NCBI GenBank assembly: GCA_048498835.1
Contig: JBEHXF010000005.1
Span: 454-64,453, forward strand
DNA: 64,000 bases
Direction: 5' to 3'
Origin: Chlamydiota bacterium
GTDB taxonomy: Bacteria > Chlamydiota > Chlamydiia > Chlamydiales > SM23-39
Shown here: in pieces, positions 9,468-17,009 of the stretch
Layout of the letters: each line of letters begins with the position of its first letter
How positions within the stretch are numbered: the stretch's first letter is position 1
Made by a program: the position numbers and the translations under genes
The notes under the pieces: model-generated
What the model was told of the DNA's origin: nothing
Databases searched by the model: none
What the model saw: the letters and a program-made list of their open reading frames with translations, nothing else

Positions 9468-10069
9468 GGAAATTCCTCTTCTGGGATGAGTGCTGCTCGC
9501 AGATCATACGCAGTGAAGGTGGTCGATTTACCTGCGGCATTAAAGGAAATTTCTCGTGCGGTCCCGCGAAGAAAGGGAGTCTCTGTCGGAATCGTATCGG
9601 GTAACTCAGTGCCAGAGAGGCGATAAAAGGAGAGATTCACTTCTTCAGTTAAAAAACGGTGACTGGGGAAAAAGTAGGTGCCACGGTCGGCCGTCACATA
9701 GCGGATTTGTTGCCGCGCTTCTTTCGGATCTACTTCTTCTTGGACCCAACATTGAAGCTGTTGCAGATGCTCGGTCGCTTCAAATTTGTCTTTTCTCTGT
9801 CGGATTACAAGATCGGATCTTTCACTTTTTAACCGAACGTGTTTTCGCTCCTTACCATTGACAGTCCAGATATCTTTTTGGACATCGGTCCTGTATTGCT
9901 TCGCTGGATGGCGCTCTAAAGCCCGTTTCGAGCGGAGTTCAGCGCTTTCGCGACATAGCTTTTTTAATTCTGGCAAATCGGAGGGGCGCAATCGGATAAA
10001 ATAAAGACAGACAAACGCAAAAGAGGCGAGAAAAAAGGCGATTGAATAGAGCTTTATTTTTCCGAACAT
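9464..10069 (-). CDS. hypothetical membrane-anchored protein of the kdsA-lptB operon (possible LptC-like)
   Basis: Single N-terminal TM segment LYSIAFFLASFAFVCLYFI. Translationally coupled to its neighbours. The function is inferred from position only. Confidence 0.45.
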   Translation of the reverse strand: MFGKIKLYSIAFFLASFAFVCLYFIRLRPSDLPELKKLCRESAELRSKRALERHPAKQYRTDVQKDIWTVNGKERKHVRLKSERSDLVIRQRKDKFEATEHLQQLQCWVQEEVDPKEARQQIRYVTADRGTYFFPSHRFLTEEVNLSFYRLSGTELPDTIPTETPFLRGTAREISFNAAGKSTTFTAYDLRAALIPEEEFP

Positions 10070-10887
10070 TGTTCTTGCACCGCATCGTAGAGCTTTTCAA
10101 GAATGGGCAAGAGGGTTTTGAGCTCATCAAAAGGGAGGACGGTTGCCGCATCGCTTTTGGCAGCGGTTGGATCGGGGTGAGCTTCGATAAAAAGGGCGTT
10201 AGCGCCTGCTGCAACAGCGCAGCGAGCGAGCATAGGAATGAATTCTCTCTGTCCGCCAGAGGAGGTGCCGAGGCCACCCGGCAGTTGGACTGAATGAGAG
10301 GCGTCATAGCAGACGGGATAGCCGAAGCTCTGCATGATCGGAATCGAGCGGAAATCGGTGACGAGATTATTGTAGCCAAAGGAGGTTCCCCGATCGGTGA
10401 GGAGGATGTTTTTATTTCCAACCGAGAGGAGTTTTTCTACGACGTTTTTCATTTCCCAAGGCGACAAAAATTGCCCTTTCTTCACATTGACAGGAACACC
10501 CGTTTCGCCGGCGGCAGCAATCAAATCGGTTTGACGCGAGAGGAAAGCGGGGATTTGGATCATATCGCACACACCGCCAGCCGCGGCAGCATCTTCAGGA
10601 GTGTGAACGTCGGTCAAAACAGGCAATCCCAATTCCGTCTGCACGCGCTCTAAAATTCGGAGTCCCGCCTCAAGACCTGGCCCTCGAAATGAGTGGATAG
10701 ATGAGCGATTCGCTTTGTCGTAGCTCGCTTTAAAAATAAATTTTAACCCCGTTCGCAAAAACATCTTTTGAAGCCCTTCAGCACATCGAAGGGTATGCTC
10801 TTCACTCTCAATGACGCAGGGGCCGCAAATCAGCGTAAGGGGCTGAGCCGGACCAATTAAAAAGTCTCGAATGGGGATCTGTTTCAT
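10054..10887 (-). CDS. kdsA: 3-deoxy-8-phosphooctulonate (Kdo8P) synthase
   Basis: LICGPCVIESEEH...FKASYDKANRSS...DVH...IPAFL.RQTDL...VNVKKGQF...LTDRG..FGYNNLV is a KdsA pattern along the whole length. Confidence 0.9.
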   Translation of the reverse strand: MKQIPIRDFLIGPAQPLTLICGPCVIESEEHTLRCAEGLQKMFLRTGLKFIFKASYDKANRSSIHSFRGPGLEAGLRILERVQTELGLPVLTDVHTPEDAAAAGGVCDMIQIPAFLSRQTDLIAAAGETGVPVNVKKGQFLSPWEMKNVVEKLLSVGNKNILLTDRGTSFGYNNLVTDFRSIPIMQSFGYPVCYDASHSVQLPGGLGTSSGGQREFIPMLARCAVAAGANALFIEAHPDPTAAKSDAATVLPFDELKTLLPILEKLYDAVQEQCSEK

Positions 10888-10945
10888 AAGGGATTTATAC
10901 TCAAAAAAATATCAACAATCGGTTTCTGCCGGCGTCGGGCAGCCG

Positions 10946-11026
10946 CTGAATTCGAGACCCACCTGCATCGCCCAACTTATTCAAGTTGAGCTGCTTCGGT
11001 GACGACAAAGTCTGGCTCAAATTCAG
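10946..11026. other. long imperfect hairpin in the kdsA / Inc-like divergent intergenic region (possible structured RNA or regulatory element)
   Basis: ctgaattcgag (10946..10956) pairs with ctcaaattcag (11016..11026). There is an inner hairpin caactt-attc-aagttg (10973..10988). The GC-rich block is flanked by AT-rich sequence. Confidence 0.3.
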
Positions 11027-11187
11027 GGCGCCTTCTTGGCATATTCCCGATTCTTGAGATTATTTGAGTATATCCTATCCCTCTGCTCGGTTTTTGTCTA
11101 CTCATCGAAGGTTGAGTTAATGTTTTATTTTAGTAATATTTAATAACAATTAATGTTAAATTTTCGTTTCTTAAATTTGGAGTTATT

Positions 11188-11973
11188 GTGATTGATGCAA
11201 TTCAAGCTTATCAATTAAATAATCGAGAAATTCAAGTTAATTTAGGGGAAGTCCCGAAGCTTTTCCCTTCGTTGAAGAACTTTTTACAACAAGAACTTCA
11301 TCTCTATGTGCCTGATCAATTAATAGGGGCTGAACTAAAATCGAGAATCAATGCTCTGCCAGATATGATGCGAGATATCCAAGAAGCAAAGGACAGTAAG
11401 ACAAAAGATCGCCTCCTAGCATGTCTTCAAGCCCTTCTCGTCGCAGCGAGTGTAGCTGCATTGGTTCTCTGTATCATTTACAATTCTCCTTTTGCAATAT
11501 TGGCATTTCTGTCGTTCTACGCTTTTTCTGTGTGGGGTGTCGTTGATGCAGCTGAAAAATTGAACCTAAGCGAATCTGAATTTGATGCTCTCGGTTTAAG
11601 TATTTTGATTGGAGGGGGTATTTTTGTCCCTCTTTACGAAACTTTCTCTCGCGTGTCTCGCTTAGAAGAATCTTTGGATGAGACAAAAAAAACGATTGAA
11701 GAGGATCTGGATCGAGTTCGGAGAGAGAATCTTCGCCTTTTACCTGAAAATTACCGTTTTTATCAGCGGGAGACAAGACGTGTAGAAGAAGTCTTAACTC
11801 AACGTATAGAAGAATCTGAAGATGACTTTCAAAAGATGAAGCTCTTGCATATTCGCTCTCCAAAAGGGGAAGAGGAATTGAGCACCCGTATCGAAACATT
11901 GCGCAAAACGCGTGAAAACTGGGCTCAGGTAGTTGCGTTCTACAACCAATTTAACCCTGAGAGGGTATCATGA
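11188..11973 (+). CDS. Inc-like membrane protein paralog 1 (bilobed hydrophobic domain plus coiled-coil C-terminus)
   Basis: GTG start. Hydrophobic stretch of about 45 residues, LLACLQALLVAASVAALVLCIIYNSPFAILAFLSFYAFSVWGVV, split by a short polar turn. The C-terminal half has charged heptad character. Confidence 0.65.
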   Translation: MIDAIQAYQLNNREIQVNLGEVPKLFPSLKNFLQQELHLYVPDQLIGAELKSRINALPDMMRDIQEAKDSKTKDRLLACLQALLVAASVAALVLCIIYNSPFAILAFLSFYAFSVWGVVDAAEKLNLSESEFDALGLSILIGGGIFVPLYETFSRVSRLEESLDETKKTIEEDLDRVRRENLRLLPENYRFYQRETRRVEEVLTQRIEESEDDFQKMKLLHIRSPKGEEELSTRIETLRKTRENWAQVVAFYNQFNPERVS

Positions 11974-12749
11974 ATTCAGTTCAAACATATCAATTAAATA
12001 ATCGAGAAGTTCAAGTCGATTTAGGAGAAGCTCCCAAGATTTCTGAATCTTCTCAGAAGATTTTACAACAAGAGCTTCATCTCTACATACCTAAACAATT
12101 AGAGGGAGCAGAGCTAAAATCGAGGATCAGCACTTTGCCGAACCTGATGCAAGAGATTCAAGAGGTAAAGGATAGCAAGGTAAAAGATCGCCTCCTCGCA
12201 TGTCTCCAAGCTCTTCTCGTCGCAGCGAGTGTCGCAGGGATTGTTTTCGGTATTATTTACAATTCTCCTTTTGTAGTATTGGCATTCTTGTCCTTCTACG
12301 TTTTTTCTGCATGGGGAATCGTTGATGCAGCGGAGAAATTAGGCCTGAACGGTAGTGCTCAAGGCGGTGCAGAATTATTAGGTTTTTGTACAGTATTTGG
12401 AGGGGGTATTTTTATGCCCCTGTATGCGGCTTTTTCTCGCGTATCACATCTAGAAGAGTCTTTAGAAGAGAGAAAGCAGTCGATAAAAGAAGATCTCGAC
12501 CAAGCCCATGCGGCCAACCTTCAACTTTTGCCTGAAAATCATTGTTTTTATCAGCAAGAGACAAGACGTATACAAGCTGAATTAGACCGACGTATTGAAG
12601 AATCAGAAACGAGTCTCCAGGCTTTGCAACAGGTCGCAGTTCGCTCTTCAAAAGGAGAAGAGGAATTGAACGCTCGTATCGCGGCTCTGCGTGCGACGCA
12701 GGAAAATTGGACTCAAGTCGTCGAGTTCTACAACCAATTCAATGCTTAG
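11970..12749 (+). CDS. Inc-like membrane protein paralog 2
   Basis: ATGA overlap with paralog 1. Collinear similarity along the whole length (MNSVQTYQLNNREVQVDLGE..., same bilobed segment). Confidence 0.65.
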   Translation: MNSVQTYQLNNREVQVDLGEAPKISESSQKILQQELHLYIPKQLEGAELKSRISTLPNLMQEIQEVKDSKVKDRLLACLQALLVAASVAGIVFGIIYNSPFVVLAFLSFYVFSAWGIVDAAEKLGLNGSAQGGAELLGFCTVFGGGIFMPLYAAFSRVSHLEESLEERKQSIKEDLDQAHAANLQLLPENHCFYQQETRRIQAELDRRIEESETSLQALQQVAVRSSKGEEELNARIAALRATQENWTQVVEFYNQFNA

Positions 12750-12757
12750 AAGGAATC

Positions 12758-13522
12758 ATGAACGCTATTCAAACTTATCAATTCAATAATCGAGAAGTGC
12801 AAGTTGATCTAGGGGAAGCGCCGAGGCTCTCCGATTCGTCGAAGAAGGTCTTGCAACAAGAACTCAGCCTCTACGTACCCCCTCAATTAGAGGGAGCAGA
12901 GCTAAAATCGAGGATCGATACTTTGCCCAGCATGGTTCGGGAGATTCAAGAAGCTAAAGATGGTAAAGTCCAAGATCGACTCCTTGCCTGTTTAAAGGTG
13001 ATACTCGTAGCGGCTAGCGTTGCGGCGACTGTTTTATGTATCATGAATGGTTCTCTTTTTGCCATTTTAGGAATAGTCGCTTTTATGGCAGCTTCTCTAT
13101 GGGGAATAATGGATGCAGCTCAACGATTGAACCTACATCAAGACGAAGGGCTTGCTTTTAGCGCAATGATAGGAGCAGGTATTTTCTTGCCTTTGTTTGA
13201 AGTTTTTTCTCGGATCATTCGCTTAGAGGCATCTTTGGATGAGACAAAAGAAACGATAGAACAAGATCTCGAAAAAGCTCGTGCGGCAAACCTTCAGCTC
13301 TTACCGGAGAATTACCGGTATTATCAGCGGGAGACTGCGCGTGTAGAAGAAGTGTTAACTCGACGTATTGAAGAATCGGAGAAGAGTCTTCAAGGTATGG
13401 AAATCTTGCCCACTCGCTCTCCAGCAGGAGAAGCGGAATTGAGCTCTCGTCTTGCAGCATTGCGCGAAACGCGTGAAAACTGGACCAAAGTCGTCGAATT
13501 CTACAACCAATTCAATGCTTAA
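12758..13522 (+). CDS. Inc-like membrane protein paralog 3
   Basis: The ATG at 12758 is preceded by aggaa and restores the family N-terminus MNAIQTYQFNNREVQVDLGE. The ORF track starts upstream at 12707. Confidence 0.65.
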   Translation: MNAIQTYQFNNREVQVDLGEAPRLSDSSKKVLQQELSLYVPPQLEGAELKSRIDTLPSMVREIQEAKDGKVQDRLLACLKVILVAASVAATVLCIMNGSLFAILGIVAFMAASLWGIMDAAQRLNLHQDEGLAFSAMIGAGIFLPLFEVFSRIIRLEASLDETKETIEQDLEKARAANLQLLPENYRYYQRETARVEEVLTRRIEESEKSLQGMEILPTRSPAGEAELSSRLAALRETRENWTKVVEFYNQFNA

Positions 13523-13531
13523 AATTCGTTA

Positions 13532-13558
13532 AACCCGCTCATCGCGAGCGGGTTTTAT
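13532..13558 (+). terminator. rho-independent terminator after the Inc-like triplet
   Basis: 9-bp stem aacccgctc / gagcgggtt with a 6-nt loop, followed by a T-run. Confidence 0.7.
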
Positions 13559-13571
13559 CTCCGGACATCCT

Positions 13572-13750
13572 CTTAGAGGGTGTTTGGTAATAAAATTTCG
13601 ATCGATTTTTCGGTTCTTTTGAGCCGATTTTTGATCGATTTGTTTGGGGGGCAATATCGACGGGGTATATAGCCCCCCAAAAAACAATCAAAAAGCGGCC
13701 AAAATAATCCAAAAAAGCGATGAAACATTTTTTATCAAACACCCTCTTAG
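13572..13750. repeat. about 180-bp palindromic intergenic element with terminal inverted repeats (MITE-like)
   Basis: The left end cttagagggtgtttg (13572..13586) is the inverted repeat of the right end caaacaccctcttag (13736..13750), with one mismatch. Internal hairpin ttgggggg (13644..13651) / ccccccaa (13673..13680). The motif gatcgattt is duplicated. Confidence 0.5.
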
Positions 13751-14523
13751 CCTATCGGTGTGTGCTGGGTTAATTTGACTAAAAGTTCATAGATTGCTTG
13801 AGCGGCTGGTAGGAAGAGTACAGTGGATAAATAGCCATAAGGAAACGAAGCAGAACCTTGCTTATTTTGCAGATTAAAGATTAATTGTACCGTAAGAGGT
13901 AAGAGAACTGTAAGAGGAGACAAGTTCCTTTCAAAGCGATAACGAAAGGAAGAAAAAATATGTGTTCCTAACCCGCAGTAAAAATTGATGGCAGTCTGAT
14001 TTAGTGAGCTTGTCATCATGCGAATGTTGGAAGCAATCGATTCTCTCATTTCAGGTAATAAAAATGGATTTTTGCTAGTTGCGCTAAAACCATCTTGAAG
14101 GTTCTGGATAAGTTCAGGCGAGTAGGAATTTGTAAATAGAGAGCGATTTGCATGGCAATGATATAAACCCGATAGAAAAAATGTCGTCCAAGTAATTTTT
14201 CGGACAAGAGGATTTAGGACAAGACGATGAGATCTGTTTAGCCATTCTGCCGCTCGGCTTATTACCGGATATACTCTGTTTGAGAAAGTTTTTCGGGTGG
14301 AGTGCCAAAAACGCTGGATTTTGTTAGCTGTCGGCTCGGGTACCAAATCGCTTGTTCTATAATGAGCGGAATTATTGCAGTATTTTGGGCAAGGTTTGCC
14401 TGCGAGAGTGACTCCATGCCATTTTTTGGCGCAGCTCCAGTGGGCAGGTTCGTGAGTAGGTAGAGCGTCCGGATGAACGTAGCCCCAGCCATTTGTTTCA
14501 TTTAAGCAAAACAGACAGGTCAT
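13747..14523 (-). CDS. hypothetical protein with N-terminal Cys/His-rich RING-H2-like motif and hydrophobic C-terminal segments
   Basis: Residues C3-x2-C6 ... H24-x3-H28-x2-C31-x3-W35 ... C45-P-x2-C49. Later hydrophobic stretches include LSPLTVLLPLTVQLIF and YLSTVLFLPAAQAIY. Confidence 0.45.
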   Translation of the reverse strand: MTCLFCLNETNGWGYVHPDALPTHEPAHWSCAKKWHGVTLAGKPCPKYCNNSAHYRTSDLVPEPTANKIQRFWHSTRKTFSNRVYPVISRAAEWLNRSHRLVLNPLVRKITWTTFFLSGLYHCHANRSLFTNSYSPELIQNLQDGFSATSKNPFLLPEMRESIASNIRMMTSSLNQTAINFYCGLGTHIFSSFRYRFERNLSPLTVLLPLTVQLIFNLQNKQGSASFPYGYLSTVLFLPAAQAIYELLVKLTQHTPIG

Positions 14524-14581
14524 AGTTTCTCAAATAAACTACGAATATTATACACTTTTATTTATTAAAAGTAAAAATCTA

Positions 14582-15289
14582 TTAACATTGTTTTAATAAT
14601 GGGATTAGGAGCGATTCCATGGAGTATAGACCTGCTGATTGCCTTGAGACGAAGTGAGCTGCGGCGAGGGCGCCATGGGCGAAGGCGTCGCGTGAATGGG
14701 CTGTATGCGAAAGAATGATCTGTTCTTCCGGGGTTTGGAAGCGAAGCTCATGGATGCCTGGAGTTTGTCCGAGTCGGATCGATTCGATGCGGGGCTGCTT
14801 TGCTTGGAGATCGGCGGCGAGGAGAAGAGCGGAGCCGCTAGGGGAGTCTTTTTTCTGTGTGTGGTGAGTTTCAGTGATGTTGAGAGTGGAGTGGGGATGA
14901 AAGAGACGGGCCGTCTCTTTAGCGAGGTGGCGCAGGAGCGTCATTCCGAGGCTGAAGTTGGGCGTGTAGAGGATGGGGAGGAGTTGAGAGGCATCTTCGA
15001 TGAGCTGGTGATCGGCGGGAGTGAGAGCGGTAGTGCCAATTACGATGGGTTTGTTGCGATGCAGAAGGGTCTGGAAGCGATTTTGAAAATCTTGAGCAAG
15101 GGAAACGTCGATGTAGAGATCGACCGGAGTGTCGTCGAGTAGTTTGTAGGTCTCGCCGAGATGAGAAGAGTGGGAATGGGTGAAGAGGGCGGAGAGGATA
15201 AAGCGAGGATCTTGTTGGGCGAGAGTGGCGATGGAGCGGCCTAGACGACCGCTCGCACCGACGATGGCTAACCGAAGTTTATTTGGCAT
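14582..15289 (-). CDS. dapB: 4-hydroxy-tetrahydrodipicolinate reductase
   Basis: N-terminal LRLAIVGASGRLGR (NAD(P) fold), PNFSLGMTLL and ETHHTQKKDSPSGSA (E.HH..K.D.PSG.A) are DapB signatures. Confidence 0.85.
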   Translation of the reverse strand: MPNKLRLAIVGASGRLGRSIATLAQQDPRFILSALFTHSHSSHLGETYKLLDDTPVDLYIDVSLAQDFQNRFQTLLHRNKPIVIGTTALTPADHQLIEDASQLLPILYTPNFSLGMTLLRHLAKETARLFHPHSTLNITETHHTQKKDSPSGSALLLAADLQAKQPRIESIRLGQTPGIHELRFQTPEEQIILSHTAHSRDAFAHGALAAAHFVSRQSAGLYSMESLLIPLLKQC

Positions 15290-16796
15290 AAAAGCGGGTT
15301 AGATCGTTTTTTAGTTTTTGAAGAGATGGAATATCAAAAATAAATCCATGTCCCGCTTCATAGTATTCACATTGGAAGTTCTTGCGATATTCTGAAGGGA
15401 GATCCAAATGGTCGAGCGAGTATTCAGCTGCTGCGAAGGGAGTGCGGATATCGTAATAACCAGAGCCTACGAATACCTTCATGTGGGGATTTGTAATCAA
15501 ACTTCGGCGAAGGCGCTGCAGGAAGTTGGGTAAATTCGTGAAATTGTCATAGGTCCACCAGTTCCAAGTATATAAAGCCTCTATGCTAAAGGAGCGGTAT
15601 TTGGGGAAAATAGATGTGGTTTCGAGTTCATTTTGCATGTAGTTCATAAAAGCTGGGTAAAAGGCCGGTCTAAAGTTTCGATAACTTGGATCTTCGTGGG
15701 ATTGAGGAGTGAGCGTGCTGATATCGCCGATATAACGGCTATCGGTTCCCCCAATTCGCTTTCGCTCGCTGGCCATAAATTCTGAAACGTAAGTATGTTC
15801 ATCGATTCTCGCTTGGTAGCGCTGAATGGTGGACAAAGGAAGGCCGATCAGATCGGCCAACTCCTGATAAAAAGCTGTTTTTTCGGCGGCTGTAAGGCGG
15901 GAGGGCTGCAGCATAAATGCTGAATAATTTTCTAGGGCAAAGCGTCTGGCATGATCGACCGCTTCTTCAAGCGTTTTCTCTTGCATGGAGCGCCCATGGT
16001 ACCAAGCAGTTGCAGCGTAGGTGGGGATGGAGAGCGTGTCTGGGAGATAAGAATCTCTTTGGGAAACCAAAGTATTCATATCGAGAGCCGAGCCGAGGAG
16101 AATGACTCCGTCGAGGTAAATCCCCGCCGTATACATCAGCGATTCGGAAAGACCGCAAGCGCGGCAGGTTCCGTAGCTGGCGCCGAGGAGATATTTTGGA
16201 CTATTCCAACGGTCGAAGTGGATGCAAAAAACGCGGATGAATTCGGCAAAGGAATAGATATCTCCCTCTACACTGAAGAAAAGAGATTTGTATTGGGGTT
16301 CAGCGGCTTCGCTATAGCCTGTGTGCATCGGATCGATATAAATGATATCAGTCAAATCGAGAATTGTTTCTGGATTGTCGATGAGTTGGTAGGGAGGAAG
16401 TGTTTTTTGTCCCTCTTCAGGGTAGAGGAGACGGCGCGGACCAAAACCGGCGATGTGCATGCTGAGGGAAGAACCTCCAGGACCGCCATTGAAGATAAAG
16501 GTGAGGGGTCGTTTTGGGTCGTGTCCATCTTTGAGATAGGCCGTGAAAAAAAGTTCGCCGGCATTCGTTCCTTCGTCATCAAAGATGGGGAGTACGCCTG
16601 TGATCGCCGTATATTCGAGTTGGCCGCTTGGCAGTTGAATGGAATGGGAAGTTTTTTGAAACTCTTCTTCGGAATCGGAGTCGTCGCTGAAAAATTGTTC
16701 GAAGAGTCCTTTGATGGCGTTTTGGATGAAATCCGGAGTTTCTGCCGTCAGTGAAAGAATAGGAAGAACAGAGAGGAAAAAGAGCTTTTTAAGCAT
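15279..16796 (-). CDS. serine carboxypeptidase, peptidase S10-like, with signal peptide
   Basis: FNGGPGGSS (S10 NGGPGCSS box), GASYG nucleophile elbow, C-terminal EAGHGF (catalytic His context) and leader MLKKLFFLSVLPILSLTA. Confidence 0.75.
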   Translation of the reverse strand: MLKKLFFLSVLPILSLTAETPDFIQNAIKGLFEQFFSDDSDSEEEFQKTSHSIQLPSGQLEYTAITGVLPIFDDEGTNAGELFFTAYLKDGHDPKRPLTFIFNGGPGGSSLSMHIAGFGPRRLLYPEEGQKTLPPYQLIDNPETILDLTDIIYIDPMHTGYSEAAEPQYKSLFFSVEGDIYSFAEFIRVFCIHFDRWNSPKYLLGASYGTCRACGLSESLMYTAGIYLDGVILLGSALDMNTLVSQRDSYLPDTLSIPTYAATAWYHGRSMQEKTLEEAVDHARRFALENYSAFMLQPSRLTAAEKTAFYQELADLIGLPLSTIQRYQARIDEHTYVSEFMASERKRIGGTDSRYIGDISTLTPQSHEDPSYRNFRPAFYPAFMNYMQNELETTSIFPKYRSFSIEALYTWNWWTYDNFTNLPNFLQRLRRSLITNPHMKVFVGSGYYDIRTPFAAAEYSLDHLDLPSEYRKNFQCEYYEAGHGFIFDIPSLQKLKNDLTRFYAK

Positions 16797-16917
16797 GGAG
16801 TTACACCAAATTTTTTAATCGGAGTAAAGTATCCTATTTGACAGATTGCTCGCAATCTTTTTTGATTCTCTTGCCAAATAGGGGAATAGCTGGATAAAAT
16901 TAGCGCTGTTTCGCAAT

Positions 16918-16990
16918 GGATTGATAGCTCAGTGGATAGAGCACCCGCCTTCTAAGCGGGCGGTCGCAGGTTCGAGTCCTGCTCAATCCG
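16918..16990 (+). tRNA. tRNA-Arg (anticodon UCU)
   Basis: Acceptor ggattga / tcaatcc; anticodon arm cccgc-cttctaa-gcggg; T-arm gcagg-ttcgagt-cctgc. CCA is not encoded. Confidence 0.9.
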
Positions 16991-17009
16991 ATTTCATTCG
17001 GAGATTGAG

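Noticed and set aside
10946-11026. Considered whether the hairpin upstream of kdsA is the SRP (4.5S) RNA. The minus strand contains CCAG-N14-GAAGCAGC, the same spacing as the E. coli helix-8 region.
   Set aside because: There is no GNRA tetraloop. The GAAGCAGC element lies on the 5' arm of the only convincing hairpin, whereas in SRP RNA it lies on the 3' arm. The symmetric-loop partner sequence is absent. I kept it only as an unexplained hairpin.
13539-13742. 67-codon minus-strand ORF inside the palindromic intergenic element.
   Set aside because: It is A/T-homopolymer-rich with no RBS or motif, and it is fully contained in the inverted-repeat element. It is most likely non-coding.
15951-16754. 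Long antisense or alternative-frame ORFs inside well-supported genes. Examples are 15951..16754 in the S10 peptidase, 26322..26903 in asnS, 32713..33198 in trhO, 40725..41195 in pheT, 59459..59878 and 60549..61142 in the two-component genes, and 1600..2004 and 2071..2454 in the ndk genes.
   Set aside because: These are shadow ORFs opposite genes with strong motif support. They have low-complexity or Arg/Ser-rich translations and no independent signals.
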